Source: an uncultured virus (IMG/VR IMGVR_UViG_3300022927_001927)
Taxonomy: Duplodnaviria > Heunggongvirae > Uroviricota > Caudoviricetes
IMG/VR virus record: IMGVR_UViG_3300022927_001927
Length of the DNA: 64,000 nt
Strand: one strand, 5' to 3'
Shown: positions 27,847 to 38,716 of the stretch, in pieces
Numbering within the stretch: the stretch's first letter is position 1
How the letters are laid out: each line of letters begins with the position of its first letter
Notes under the pieces: generated by a model
Told to the model about the DNA's origin: nothing
Databases searched by the model: none
Seen by the model: the letters and a program-made list of their open reading frames with translations, nothing else
Program-made: the position numbers and the translations under genes

Positions 27847-28759
27847 TGTTCTATATTTTGGTGATTGCTCTGCTGGAGCAATGGGAATAATTCATCGTGA
27901 TATTAAATCTATCATTGATGAAAAATACCCAGATATTCAATTTAAGCTAATGGATTGGGCAGAAAAAGATAATTATGTTTATCTTTTTAACCAAAGAGGA
28001 TGGAAGAATTATGATCTTATTATAGTTGATCCTTATATTGCAAACGTATTAAATAACGGTTGGCTTTTTAAAGATTTACCTATAGAAGAACAAAATGAAC
28101 TTAAAGATAAGTTTATTCCAGTTTATCATCATGAAGTAGATGTACCTGCTGATCATTTTAATCATGGATGGTATGAAGATTGGTTTACTACACCATTATG
28201 TAGTATTAATCCTTATATAGTAGATCAACTTAGATCTAAGGGTGTTGAAAGTTATCTCTTACCTATCGGTGTAAATAGAAAGAGATTTTACCCATTTAAA
28301 CAAATTACTCAAATCCAAAAGGTTGGGTTTGTAGGATCTTCGCCTAAAGAAGATTGGCAGTCTATTAAAAGACCTAATATGTTTCATGAAATATGCAATA
28401 AAGCTAAGGTATATCCTGTAACTATTACCGGGAGGAATAACGATAAGAATATGTACCATGATGTTGATCTAGTAATATGTACATCCTCGGCTGAAGGAAA
28501 TCCTATGTCTTATTTAGAAACAGCTGCTTGTAAGATACCTTTTATTTCAACTAATGTAGGAATTGTTAGATATTATGATACAGTTAAGAAATTCAAAACT
28601 GTCGATGAAGCTGTTAAAATTATTAGTGAATTTATTAATAATCCAATGCTTATTAATGAATATGTATCTAATGTACATGATGAAATATTTCCTGATAAGG
28701 ATTGGGAATCTATTATAGAAAAATTCTGGGTACCTTATTTTAAAAAAATGAGTAATTAA
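27839..28759 (+). CDS. GT-B (GT4-like) glycosyltransferase
   Basis: SSAEGNPMSYLE, PFISTNVG. Confidence 0.8.
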   Translation: MINVLYFGDCSAGAMGIIHRDIKSIIDEKYPDIQFKLMDWAEKDNYVYLFNQRGWKNYDLIIVDPYIANVLNNGWLFKDLPIEEQNELKDKFIPVYHHEVDVPADHFNHGWYEDWFTTPLCSINPYIVDQLRSKGVESYLLPIGVNRKRFYPFKQITQIQKVGFVGSSPKEDWQSIKRPNMFHEICNKAKVYPVTITGRNNDKNMYHDVDLVICTSSAEGNPMSYLETAACKIPFISTNVGIVRYYDTVKKFKTVDEAVKIISEFINNPMLINEYVSNVHDEIFPDKDWESIIEKFWVPYFKKMSN

Positions 28760-28803
28760 AACAACTTAACATTTTTCTATATAATAATAAAATAAAACAA
28801 AAT

Positions 28804-30000
28804 ATGGGTAAAGAATTTTCATTCGCAGATTTAAACAAGGAAATGTCAAAACACTCCACATACGGAGAGACATTGGATAAATCAAGCATTTCAGAAATTG
28901 ATCACTTTATACCTACCGGAAATTACCACCTTAATGCATGTTTAACAGGATCCTTATTTGGAGGTTATCCTAATAATAGAGCAGTTGCATTGGCTGGGCC
29001 TTCTGGTACAGGTAAAACTTATCTTATTCTTAATGCTGTTAAACAAGCACAGGAAATGGGATATAGTATTGTATTCTATGATTCTGAAAATGCAGTAGAT
29101 AAAAAGTTGGTTGAAAAATTTGGAATAGATCCTAAAAAATTCCGTTATGAACCATGTAATACTGTTCAAGAGTTCAGAAGTTCTGTTACTGCATTAACTG
29201 ATCTTTTGATTGATCAAAAGAATAAAGGTGCTGAATTACCTAGAGTCTTAATTATATTGGACTCTGCAGGTAACCTTGCAACACAAAAAGAAATTGATGA
29301 TGCCAAGAGCGGTAGTGATAAGGCTGATATGACGCGAGCTAAATTGCTTAAATCTACGTTCCGTATTCTTATGACCAAATTAGGCATCATAAAGGTTCCT
29401 TTCTTATTTACAAATCATACATACCAAACACAAGACCTGTTTTCTCGCCAAGTAGGTGGAGGTGGTACTGGTCCTGAGTATGCTGCTTCCATTATTCTTT
29501 TCTTAGGTAAGGCAAAACTTAAAGACGGTGTTGAACAGACTGGTATTATTGTAACTGCAAAACCTAATAAAAATCGCTTTGCTAAACCTACGCCAATTAA
29601 ATTCCACATTTCATTTAATAAAGGTATGAATCCTTACATTGGATTAGAGGAGTATATCAGCTGGGATACGTGCGGTATTGAACGTGGAAGGTTTATTAAT
29701 CAAAATGCATATGATAAACTTAACGAGACGGGTAAAGCAGAATGCCGAGAACATACATATGAAAAAGATGGTAAAGAAGTAACTATTTATTTCCAACCTG
29801 CAGCAACTGCTCGTAAGATCTGTGTAGCTCATCTTAACGATACTGTTGATCTTAATCAATTATTTACTCCATTAGTTATGACACCGGAAGTTTTACAAAA
29901 GCTTGAACCGGTAGTCGCCGAGAAGTTTAAATATGGTGAAGAAATTGATGTAGAGAATTTAACCGAAATGCTTGAAGAAAATGCTGAAGAAAACGATTGA
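28804..30000 (+). CDS. uvsX: RecA-like recombinase
   Basis: GPSGTGKT, YDSE, ILDS, TNHTY, GGG, KNRF. Confidence 0.9.
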   Translation: MGKEFSFADLNKEMSKHSTYGETLDKSSISEIDHFIPTGNYHLNACLTGSLFGGYPNNRAVALAGPSGTGKTYLILNAVKQAQEMGYSIVFYDSENAVDKKLVEKFGIDPKKFRYEPCNTVQEFRSSVTALTDLLIDQKNKGAELPRVLIILDSAGNLATQKEIDDAKSGSDKADMTRAKLLKSTFRILMTKLGIIKVPFLFTNHTYQTQDLFSRQVGGGGTGPEYAASIILFLGKAKLKDGVEQTGIIVTAKPNKNRFAKPTPIKFHISFNKGMNPYIGLEEYISWDTCGIERGRFINQNAYDKLNETGKAECREHTYEKDGKEVTIYFQPAATARKICVAHLNDTVDLNQLFTPLVMTPEVLQKLEPVVAEKFKYGEEIDVENLTEMLEENAEEND

Positions 30001-30280
30001 TACTGCTAAACTTAAAGTTAAGCACGTATTAGGAAATCATACAGCATTACCAACATACCCTGATTCTGAAGATGTTATTTTTGAATTAATACGTGATTAC
30101 TGTGGTAAGGTAGCAAAAGAGATAAAGTTTACTAATGTATCTTTACAGAAAAAGTATGACCTAACCGATGAAAGAACGAATGAAATAATCATGAGTCTTA
30201 GGAGAGATAAGATTATTGATGTATCACTTTCTAATTCTGCTTATACTACATACGAGGTTATTAAAAATCCGTATGAATAA
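29981..30280 (+). CDS. Hypothetical protein
   Basis: ORF track; lies between UvsX and helicase. Confidence 0.6.
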   Translation: MLKKTIDTAKLKVKHVLGNHTALPTYPDSEDVIFELIRDYCGKVAKEIKFTNVSLQKKYDLTDERTNEIIMSLRRDKIIDVSLSNSAYTTYEVIKNPYE

Positions 30281-30317
30281 ACTAAATATAGTTTCCACTA
30301 TATAAAAATAAACAAAG

Positions 30318-31601
30318 ATGAAATCAAGTACAGATCACGAAAAAATATTCTTTAACTATTTTCTTAAGAAACCACATTATCTAAAAAGCACAGGACCGGG
30401 TTTCTTTTCCAACAGTGATCTAGATCATATTGCAAAATTAGCAAAGAATTTTTATATTAACTTTGGGGAAAGTCCTTCACGAGAACAAATGAAGGCTTTA
30501 GTTAAAGATGATCCTAATGAAATCCCTGGTGATATTGTAACAAGTATTTATAATATTAATATTAATGAATATGACCAGGATTGGTTAAAGAGAACTGGTG
30601 AGTCTTGGGTTAAATGGAAACACTTTGATAAACAATTAGTAAGAACTATTGAGTATGTAAAAACTCAAGATGTTAGCCCGGAAAATGTTGAAGATGTAGT
30701 AACCCGTGCAATTGGTATGATCTCTACTGAAGGATCATTAAACTTTGATACTGATACTGGATTAGACTTCTTTAATCCTGAGCACCACATACAGAGAACA
30801 TCTAAAAAGATTGAAACCGGTTGGACTTTTGTAGATAATGTTTCTGGTGGTGGTTATGATACGAAATCTCTCATTGTATATGCCGGTGAACAAAACATTG
30901 GTAAATCTATATGGTTGGCAAATGATGCCGCTAACTTCGTTAGAATGGGTCATAATGTAGTATTCATTTCAGCTGAGATGTCTGCACAAAAAGTACTTAA
31001 GAGAATAGGTTCTAATCTGTTAGATATTTCTATGATGGAATATGATAATAAAACAGGTAATCGTGAATTTATGAAAAGAAAATTGGAAAGAATTTCTAGG
31101 GGATTACTTCCACCAGGAAAGCTCTTTATAAAAGAATTTCCAACTTCTCAAGGTACTGTTCTTGATATTGAATCTTATCTTAAAGATTTAGAAGAAAGCC
31201 AAGATCATAAAGTAAATGTTTTGGTAGTTGACTATATTAATATTCTTGCAAATTATAGAAATCCAAATACTGAAAATACTTATATGAAGATTAAACAAAT
31301 TGCTGAAGATCTTCGTGCTCTTGCTGTTAAAAGAGATATGTTAGTAATTTCAGCAACACAAATTAACCGTGGCGCATGGGATGCAACTGAAGTAAGAATG
31401 GAAAACATCGCAGAATCTGCAGGTCTTGCGCATACTGCAGATGTTATGTATGCATTGATTCAAGATTCAATGATGCATGCAAATAGAGAATATTGGTTAA
31501 AGGTATTGAAGATTAGAGATGGGCAAGGAAAAGGGTCAAGATGTCGATTTAATATCGATTATGATCATATGAGATTAACCGAAACTGATGACATAAATTA
31601 A
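30318..31601 (+). CDS. Replicative DnaB-like helicase (T4 gp41-like)
   Basis: GEQNIGKS, SAEM, VVDYIN, ATQINR, AESAGL, KIRDG. Confidence 0.92.
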   Translation: MKSSTDHEKIFFNYFLKKPHYLKSTGPGFFSNSDLDHIAKLAKNFYINFGESPSREQMKALVKDDPNEIPGDIVTSIYNININEYDQDWLKRTGESWVKWKHFDKQLVRTIEYVKTQDVSPENVEDVVTRAIGMISTEGSLNFDTDTGLDFFNPEHHIQRTSKKIETGWTFVDNVSGGGYDTKSLIVYAGEQNIGKSIWLANDAANFVRMGHNVVFISAEMSAQKVLKRIGSNLLDISMMEYDNKTGNREFMKRKLERISRGLLPPGKLFIKEFPTSQGTVLDIESYLKDLEESQDHKVNVLVVDYINILANYRNPNTENTYMKIKQIAEDLRALAVKRDMLVISATQINRGAWDATEVRMENIAESAGLAHTADVMYALIQDSMMHANREYWLKVLKIRDGQGKGSRCRFNIDYDHMRLTETDDIN

Positions 31602-31608
31602 ACATACT

Positions 31609-32106
31609 ATGTGGGGAAAAAAGAAAATACCAAAATTAGATGAAAATGGCAAAGAAATAAAGCCATCATTAGCAGACAAAGATAAGATCTTTAACAACAC
31701 TTACGGTGAACAAGATGTAACTGAAAACCGAGTAAACTTTACAGTTTCTTCCACATACCTGGATGATATGGATCCAGATGATAAGATGCATTATGAACTT
31801 CTAATTAAAAAGATTGATAACTTAATTAAAGGTAGTGAATATGAGCATCTTAATGAAGCCACACCTGACGGAGTTATTAAAAAACTAAATAAAGTACAGA
31901 TTAATAAAGTATACTCTTATGTAATTGAACATGTTGGTGAAGGTTATACAAGAGTAGATTTATTCAGTGTTATATCAGATTACTTTGATGTATTCCCTAA
32001 CAAGTTTTATAATTCTCTTTCTAATAAATTTAAGGATGAACTTATTAAAGAATTAGACGATAAGTATAATATCCTAGAAAAAAGAAAAATAAGAAAATTA
32101 TTTTAA
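31609..32106 (+). CDS. Hypothetical protein ending KIRKLF
   Basis: ORF track. Confidence 0.65.
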   Translation: MWGKKKIPKLDENGKEIKPSLADKDKIFNNTYGEQDVTENRVNFTVSSTYLDDMDPDDKMHYELLIKKIDNLIKGSEYEHLNEATPDGVIKKLNKVQINKVYSYVIEHVGEGYTRVDLFSVISDYFDVFPNKFYNSLSNKFKDELIKELDDKYNILEKRKIRKLF

Positions 32107-32107
32107 C

Positions 32108-33193
32108 ATGGCAAGAATTTGGATGGTTAGTGATTCTCACCTTGGGTGTAGATCAAATTCAGTTTTATGGCTTAACATCATTGAAGATTACTTCTTTAAC
32201 TTTTTTATACCATTAGTTAAAAAGGAATACAAAGAAGGTGATGTTCTTTATCATTTAGGGGATGTGTTTGATAATCGCCAAAGTATTAATTTAGCTGCAC
32301 AAGATTTAGGAATTAGAGTTTTTGAAGAATTAGGAAAAATATTTCCAGACATCCATATCATTGTAGGTAATCATGATATAATGAGAAAGAACTCTAATGA
32401 TATTGCATCAGTAGACTGTCTTAAATATATTCCTAATGTTACCGTTCATAAAGAACATAAGATCTTACAATATGGAGATGCTAAATGTTTACTTATGCCA
32501 TGGCGGAGAGATCATAAACATGAAAAAGAAACATTAGATTCTATCACAGAAAATATTGACTATATGTTTTGTCATACTGAAACTCGCGGTGTTCAAACTA
32601 GTCCTAGTACAAAACACCTCCATGAAGGTGGTAATGATGTTTCAACCTTTAAGAGATTTAAGCGAGTTTACTCAGGTCATATTCATTATAGACAAGATAA
32701 ACAGAATTTTGTATTAGTAGGAAATCCTTACCAAATGACAAGATCTGATCGTGATAATCAAAAAGGTATCTATCTATTGGATTTAGATACTGGAAAGCAC
32801 CAATTCTTTATGAACAAGAGGAGTCCAGTATTTATACGGTATTATATTAATGATATCTTAGAGATGAGAATGGAGGATATAAAGAGAGAAATAAAGGATA
32901 ATTTTGTGGATGTGTTTGTGCCATCAAATATCTTAGGTAAGTATAATATTAATAGATTCATGGATTACCTTGATGGTGTTGCCAGAAAATTAGAACCAAG
33001 AATTTATGATGAGGATAACCCATATGATAGAGAAGATGGGGAAATGTCAGATTTTAACGGAGAATTGAATTTAATGAATATTGCCGCAGAGTATATCAAT
33101 TCATTAGATTATGAAGAGGATTTAAAGGAAAGACTAAAACTGTCAGTCCAAGAACTATATAAAACAACACTATCACCTAACTATGAAGATTAA
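32108..33193 (+). CDS. Mre11/SbcD-like nuclease (T4 gp47-like)
   Basis: SDSHLG, GDVFD, GNHD, SGHIH. Confidence 0.92.
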   Translation: MARIWMVSDSHLGCRSNSVLWLNIIEDYFFNFFIPLVKKEYKEGDVLYHLGDVFDNRQSINLAAQDLGIRVFEELGKIFPDIHIIVGNHDIMRKNSNDIASVDCLKYIPNVTVHKEHKILQYGDAKCLLMPWRRDHKHEKETLDSITENIDYMFCHTETRGVQTSPSTKHLHEGGNDVSTFKRFKRVYSGHIHYRQDKQNFVLVGNPYQMTRSDRDNQKGIYLLDLDTGKHQFFMNKRSPVFIRYYINDILEMRMEDIKREIKDNFVDVFVPSNILGKYNINRFMDYLDGVARKLEPRIYDEDNPYDREDGEMSDFNGELNLMNIAAEYINSLDYEEDLKERLKLSVQELYKTTLSPNYED

Positions 33194-34853
33194 CAAAGTA
33201 GAGTTCAAAAATTTTGCAAGTTACGGTAACCGAAAGCAAGTAATAGAATTTAATAAAAACAAAAGTGACCTATACTTAGTACTAGGTGGAAATGGTGCAG
33301 GTAAAAGTACTTTAGCAAAAGTGATAACATATCTTTGTTATGGTAAAGTTGAAGGTGCCAATCTTAAAGACTTACCTAACAGAGTAAACAGTGAGCTTTG
33401 GGGTAAAATTTGGTTAGAGTCAAAAAATAATTCTATTGAGATTGAAAGAGGTATTAATCCTGGGGTATTTAATGTAAAGATTAATGGCTCCGAATATGAT
33501 GTTGCAGGTAAAACAAATCTTCAAGACTTTTTAGAAACTGAAATTTTTGAAATTCCTTATCATGTATTTAAGAATGTAATTATTCTATCTGTTAATGACT
33601 TTAAGTCTTTTATTACAATGTCTCCTTACGATAAGAAGCGAATCATTGATAAGATCTTTGGCTTTTCAATTATTAATGAAATGGCAGAAGCTGTTAAAGA
33701 AAAGAGGAGAAGCATAATTGAAGAAATCAGAACTTATGAAGATGAAATCCGAACTCTTAATGATTCAATAGATTCTGTTTTAGAAAAAATTGAACATTTT
33801 GAAAAGATAAGTAAAGATAAAGATGCTGAAAAGGTTAAAGTCCTCAAAGAAAATCTAGTTACTTTAAATGGTCAAAGAAAAAAGTTATTAGAGATAACAC
33901 AGTCAACTAAAGAAAAACTAGAAGAGATGGATTCTTATTCTCGTAAAAAGAATAATGAAAAATCAAATCTTAATTCTAAAATTAATACTGTAAAAAAGGA
34001 ACTTAAGCTTTATGAAAACAATACATGCCCAACATGTACAGCACCTCTTAATTCAGATTTTCATTTAGACATTAAAAAGGAAAAGGAAGAAAAATTAGAT
34101 TCCTTGTTTTCTCAATGGAATGGTATTAAAGCAGATGCTGAAAAGGCAGAAGCTGATCTTACTGACCTTCGCCAAAAAGGAAGAAAGATCCATGTAAAGG
34201 TTGGTCAGTTAGAAACTCAAATGGAATCTATTAAGGATAAGTTAATTGAACTTGCTGATAAGGATGAGTCTGAATCATCTTCTCACCTAAAGCAATTAGT
34301 AAAAGAATTTACTGATAAAAAATCAGATAAGAATGAAGGTAAGCTAAAAAGTGAAGGTGAAGATTATTACTTAACTATCCTAGAAAACATTATGGGAGAA
34401 GATGGTATTAAGAATTTAGCCGTAAGATCTATTCTTCCTTCATTTAATAATAATATCCTGTTAATGGGAAGAGAAATGGGAATTCCATTTGGTATTAGAT
34501 TTAATGAAAAGTTTTACTGTTCTCTCCATCATCTAGGTACAGAAGTTAGTCCTAAGACTTTAAGTACAGGTGAAAGAAAGAAAGTTGATTTTGTAATTAT
34601 CATGGCTTTAATGAAAATGATAAAGGTTAGGTTCCCTTCTCTTAACATTTTATTTTTGGATGAAATCTTTTCTTCTATTGACAATGACGGTGTACATCAT
34701 ATTATTAACATTCTTCATAATACTATTCAAGATATAGGATTAAATACATTTGTGATTAACCATACCGTTTTACCTAGTGAATACTTTGATAAGAAAATTG
34801 AAATTACAAAAGATGCAGGCTTTAGCGAATTTAACATTGAATCTATTGGATAA
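33183..34853 (+). CDS. Rad50/SbcC-like ATPase (T4 gp46-like)
   Basis: GGNGAGKS, zinc hook CPTC, LSTGE, FLDE. Confidence 0.92.
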   Translation: MKINKVEFKNFASYGNRKQVIEFNKNKSDLYLVLGGNGAGKSTLAKVITYLCYGKVEGANLKDLPNRVNSELWGKIWLESKNNSIEIERGINPGVFNVKINGSEYDVAGKTNLQDFLETEIFEIPYHVFKNVIILSVNDFKSFITMSPYDKKRIIDKIFGFSIINEMAEAVKEKRRSIIEEIRTYEDEIRTLNDSIDSVLEKIEHFEKISKDKDAEKVKVLKENLVTLNGQRKKLLEITQSTKEKLEEMDSYSRKKNNEKSNLNSKINTVKKELKLYENNTCPTCTAPLNSDFHLDIKKEKEEKLDSLFSQWNGIKADAEKAEADLTDLRQKGRKIHVKVGQLETQMESIKDKLIELADKDESESSSHLKQLVKEFTDKKSDKNEGKLKSEGEDYYLTILENIMGEDGIKNLAVRSILPSFNNNILLMGREMGIPFGIRFNEKFYCSLHHLGTEVSPKTLSTGERKKVDFVIIMALMKMIKVRFPSLNILFLDEIFSSIDNDGVHHIINILHNTIQDIGLNTFVINHTVLPSEYFDKKIEITKDAGFSEFNIESIG

Positions 34854-34878
34854 ATAGAATATAAAATAGATCTATTGA

Positions 34879-35868
34879 ATGTCTGCCTATAATCAAGAGT
34901 ACAATAAGGATAATACTATATTAAGATACCTAGTCGTATCTATGTTAGCCGAGCTAAGTAAAAAAGTCTATTACTACAATCAGATAGATGAAGATACTTT
35001 AAAGAAGATAGATGTTCCTTTCTTTTATTCAATTTCTGGTAATGAAAGATTCTTATTAGACAATTTTATGTATGATGCTGAAGCTGCAGGTAAAGCAATT
35101 GGTGACTATGAAGTTGTTCCTAGAGGAATTGTTCAGATGAATTCTATGGCAATTGATTCTTCTGCCCAAACTAATAAATTTACAAGAGCTGAGTTTGTAA
35201 GAGAATGGAATGGGATACTTAAAACTTTTTCATTAGAAACAAATTTCTTACCTATAACCATGGGATTTGGTGTAACTCTTATTTGCTCAAATAACTTGGA
35301 GATGTTAAAGGTTACTGAATCTGTAATGAATAAGTTATATAAAGGTACCTTATTTAGTTGTGATTTAGGTATGATGAGAGTCCAGGCAAGTATGTCTGTG
35401 CCTGAGGACTATTCACAAGATAGGTTATTTGAATGGGGCTTAAATGACAAGAAAGAGTTCCAAGTAACTTTTGATATTGAACTAAAATCATTTATGCCTG
35501 TTTTTGAGAGTGGTATACTTCTTTCAGAAATAGACTTTTTAACCAGAGAAGCAATTAAGAGTAATCCTACTGCATCTGGTGTAGGACAATTAAGATCTAA
35601 TGCAGAAGGTGAAATAGGAATCTATTTCGGTGGAGTATTCCAAAAACTATTAACTAGTCAAGATAATATCCTTAAGGCACCAGGTAAAGATGTTCAAAGC
35701 AATCTTTCATACTTTGATCCTAACAGTGTTAATACCGGGGGACCGTATAGTGAAAGCGAAATTAATAGTTCTAAGCCTAATCCAGAAACAGAAGCAAGTA
35801 GGAGTTATAGAAATGCTAATGCAGAAGGTGGTCCAGAAAATTCAGGACTAGGGACGGCAGATAATTAA
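34879..35868 (+). CDS. Tail terminator/sheath stabiliser (T4 gp15-like)
   Basis: KIDVPFFY, VPRG, size and context. Confidence 0.5.
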   Translation: MSAYNQEYNKDNTILRYLVVSMLAELSKKVYYYNQIDEDTLKKIDVPFFYSISGNERFLLDNFMYDAEAAGKAIGDYEVVPRGIVQMNSMAIDSSAQTNKFTRAEFVREWNGILKTFSLETNFLPITMGFGVTLICSNNLEMLKVTESVMNKLYKGTLFSCDLGMMRVQASMSVPEDYSQDRLFEWGLNDKKEFQVTFDIELKSFMPVFESGILLSEIDFLTREAIKSNPTASGVGQLRSNAEGEIGIYFGGVFQKLLTSQDNILKAPGKDVQSNLSYFDPNSVNTGGPYSESEINSSKPNPETEASRSYRNANAEGGPENSGLGTADN

Positions 35869-35911
35869 CTCAAAGATCTTAGAATATATAAAACAAATCA
35901 AATTCAATAAT

Positions 35912-37789
35912 ATGGATAAAGTTATTAAAGAAGGGCAGACACAGGTTTACATGAACGGTGGAATTGATCCACAATTCGGTGTAAATACTGATGCTCCTTA
36001 CCTTAATGCACCATCTAAGCAATTATTAGAAATAGTTGCTACTCTCTTTTCACAAAGCGGAAAGACTAAATTAGATGGAAGAAACGGTAAGGTAATTGAA
36101 GAAGGTGGAATGAAAGAATCGCAGGTTCTTTCCATTTTAGTAGGAATGGGAATTCCTCAGCAATTAGCAATGTCTGCAATAGCAACCTTTAAAGGAAACC
36201 AAGGAATTATAGAAAATAACAACAAACAAAAAAATCATAACAAAATGAAATTTACAATTGCTGAACTGTATGAAAATGTTATGAAGAGCATTGCGGCCTT
36301 AAATGAAATGAATTCTGATAACTCCAGAGTTTCTTATACTGCTAAAAATGCCCTTAACATTTTAGAAGAATCTCTTAAGGCATTCCCAATGAGATTTAAA
36401 AGTGAAGAAGCTGAAGTAATCAGTGAAGAAGTAGAAAACAGTGTTAACCCAATACTTAAGTTTAACATTGCAAAACAACTTCACAGAGACTTGGCATCTT
36501 CTGATTGGATTAATCCAATTAGAGAATTAAGATCTTATATCGAAGGCGCTTACGCTGATACTAAATGGTCTTTCAGAATTTCTGAAGCTATTCAAAGAGC
36601 AAAAGGTCAAAGAGGTAAATTATATGAAGGATTGGTAAATGATTTAGAAGGTCTTTTAACAGAGTCTTCTGATTCTATTAAAACTAAATTCTCTGCCCTT
36701 TCTTCTAAGAACCCATGGTATTTGGAAGGTAAGTCAATTGTAAATGAAATGAAAGCAGAAGATAATAAAGCTACCGCAAATGGTGGTGGAACTATTTCTA
36801 CTACGCTTTCACCAGTATTGGAATCTGCTGAAGGTTTAACTTTCCACTTACACGGTAAAAATTATATCTTCAACGGTAAAACTATTACTGAAGCTGAGGT
36901 TAAAGATTCAAGATTCTTTGATGTATTAGAAGGATTAGGAATGTTTAAGAACACGGATAATACTTTAGTTACATTTGGTGAAAGCGGTAAAACTTTAGAA
37001 TACAGCTTAACTGAAGGTACTCTTAAGCTTGGCAATGTTGATTTATCAAATTCAAGTATTATTGAATTAAAAGAAGCTCTCCTGGCAAACAACTTCTTTG
37101 GTTACAGAAACCAATGGAAGATTGATAATGTATGTAAATTCTTTGAATCAATTGATCTTCTTGCTGAAATGGATAATTTCACTACAATTACTTCAAATGA
37201 GTTTACTAACTTATTCTTAACCATGATCGCTGTTGAAGAAGGAATTTATGTTAACACCGTAAATTCTGCAATGCACTTAAACGAAATGAAACTCATTTCT
37301 TCTGCAACCGAAACGGTTAAATTGGTTAAAGAATTCATTAACTATGACGCTTCTCCAATTCTTTCTGAAAGATTAATTGCTGAAAACAATGAAGCTGCTA
37401 AAGCTGAAAAGGTAAGAGCTACTATTTCTGACCGAATTTCTTTCTTAGAAGAAAAGAAGTCTAAGGTAAAGGACGCTATTAATAAACTTGGAGAAACTGA
37501 AGAACTTACTGAAGCTATGAATCTTTTAGATGAAGAAATCTCTAAGTTTGAAAAGGAGCTCCAGGAAAGTTATGTAGTTGAAAAAAAAAGTCGTAACGAG
37601 TTACTAGACGACGGTTTTGTTGAAGCTGAAGTTAATAAAAACGGAAATGGTCTTAGAAAAGGTCAAGAAGTTTATGTAAATGCCGAAGACTATACTTCTC
37701 TAGGTGATAACGATCAATTAGAATGTATTGACTTCAAAACCAGTAAATCTACAATCTGCCCAAAGGGACAACTTAACGTAAAGATCTAA
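35912..37789 (+). CDS. Late, probably head-associated protein with C-terminal coiled coil
   Basis: Late promoter at 35882; many (I/L)xE sites; possible internal start at 36245. Confidence 0.6.
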   Translation: MDKVIKEGQTQVYMNGGIDPQFGVNTDAPYLNAPSKQLLEIVATLFSQSGKTKLDGRNGKVIEEGGMKESQVLSILVGMGIPQQLAMSAIATFKGNQGIIENNNKQKNHNKMKFTIAELYENVMKSIAALNEMNSDNSRVSYTAKNALNILEESLKAFPMRFKSEEAEVISEEVENSVNPILKFNIAKQLHRDLASSDWINPIRELRSYIEGAYADTKWSFRISEAIQRAKGQRGKLYEGLVNDLEGLLTESSDSIKTKFSALSSKNPWYLEGKSIVNEMKAEDNKATANGGGTISTTLSPVLESAEGLTFHLHGKNYIFNGKTITEAEVKDSRFFDVLEGLGMFKNTDNTLVTFGESGKTLEYSLTEGTLKLGNVDLSNSSIIELKEALLANNFFGYRNQWKIDNVCKFFESIDLLAEMDNFTTITSNEFTNLFLTMIAVEEGIYVNTVNSAMHLNEMKLISSATETVKLVKEFINYDASPILSERLIAENNEAAKAEKVRATISDRISFLEEKKSKVKDAINKLGETEELTEAMNLLDEEISKFEKELQESYVVEKKSRNELLDDGFVEAEVNKNGNGLRKGQEVYVNAEDYTSLGDNDQLECIDFKTSKSTICPKGQLNVKI

Positions 37790-37802
37790 CCATCCACATA
37801 TT

Positions 37803-37840
37803 AAAGAGCCGATAGTGATAATAAACTATCGGCTTTTTTT
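37803..37840 (+). terminator. Intrinsic terminator overlapping gp55 promoter
   Basis: agccgatagt / actatcggct then T7. Confidence 0.85.
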
Positions 37841-37868
37841 GTATATAATAATAAAATAAACCTAAGTG

Positions 37869-38234
37869 ATGGCTAGAAAGAGAAACTACTTAAATAATAG
37901 AGATTTGCTGGAGGAGATTAGACTATCCAAAGAGCAAGATGAATTAACACCAAAGGCATTAGAATTCTTAATGCTATTAGCAGATAAATGTTCAAGAAAA
38001 TTATCATATGCAAACCCAGATGACAGAAACGATTGTATAGCTTATGCTTATATGGATCTTTATCGTTATTGGAGAAACTTTAATCCAGAAAAAAGTACAA
38101 ATGCATTTGCTTATTTTACTGAAATTGCAAAAAGAGGCTTTGCTAAAGGGTGGAATAAATTACATCCAAAGAAATATGCAGGAACTGTATCAATTAATGG
38201 AAGTGCGGACAGTGATGGCATTTACACTATCTAA
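37869..38234 (+). CDS. Late-transcription sigma factor (T4 gp55-like)
   Basis: NYLNNRDLL and NFNPEKSTNAFAYFTEIA match the gp55 signature. Confidence 0.85.
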   Translation: MARKRNYLNNRDLLEEIRLSKEQDELTPKALEFLMLLADKCSRKLSYANPDDRNDCIAYAYMDLYRYWRNFNPEKSTNAFAYFTEIAKRGFAKGWNKLHPKKYAGTVSINGSADSDGIYTI

Positions 38235-38239
38235 GATAC

Positions 38240-38716
38240 ATGAGTATAAAGAAGGTAAAACCAACAGCAAAATCAGGATTTAAACAAGGATATTATAAAC
38301 CTCATAATCCTAAAAAGTATATGGGACCTGGTCCTATAATATACCGTAGTAGCTGGGAAAGAAAGTTTTGCCATTGGTGTGATCATAATGAAGATGTTAT
38401 ACATTGGATCTCGGAACCTTTTTCTATAAAGTATTTTAATATCTTAGATAAAAAATTTCATAATTACTATCCAGATTTTTATGTTAAGATGGATAAAGGT
38501 GGTATAATTGAAGAATATGTTGTTGAAATAAAACCAAAAGCTCAATTACAAAAACCTAAACCACCTAAAAGAAAGACTGCAAAGGCTATGAAAAATTTTC
38601 AGTATGGATATGAAACTTATGTTAGAAACCTTTGTAAAACCGAAGCATTAAATAAAGCAGCCGAATTAAGAAACTTTAAAGTAATGCTTTTAACTGAAGA
38701 CTCAAAATTATTCTAA
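38240..38716 (+). CDS. Head completion nuclease (T4 gp4-like)
   Basis: YKPHNPKKY, YRSSWE, YYPDF, EIKP. Confidence 0.88.
   Translation: MSIKKVKPTAKSGFKQGYYKPHNPKKYMGPGPIIYRSSWERKFCHWCDHNEDVIHWISEPFSIKYFNILDKKFHNYYPDFYVKMDKGGIIEEYVVEIKPKAQLQKPKPPKRKTAKAMKNFQYGYETYVRNLCKTEALNKAAELRNFKVMLLTEDSKLF

Noticed and set aside
38240..38716. TnsA-like transposase / Tn7 element
   Set aside because: Same fold as T4 gp4; sits between gp55, gp2 and portal with no other transposon genes or ends.
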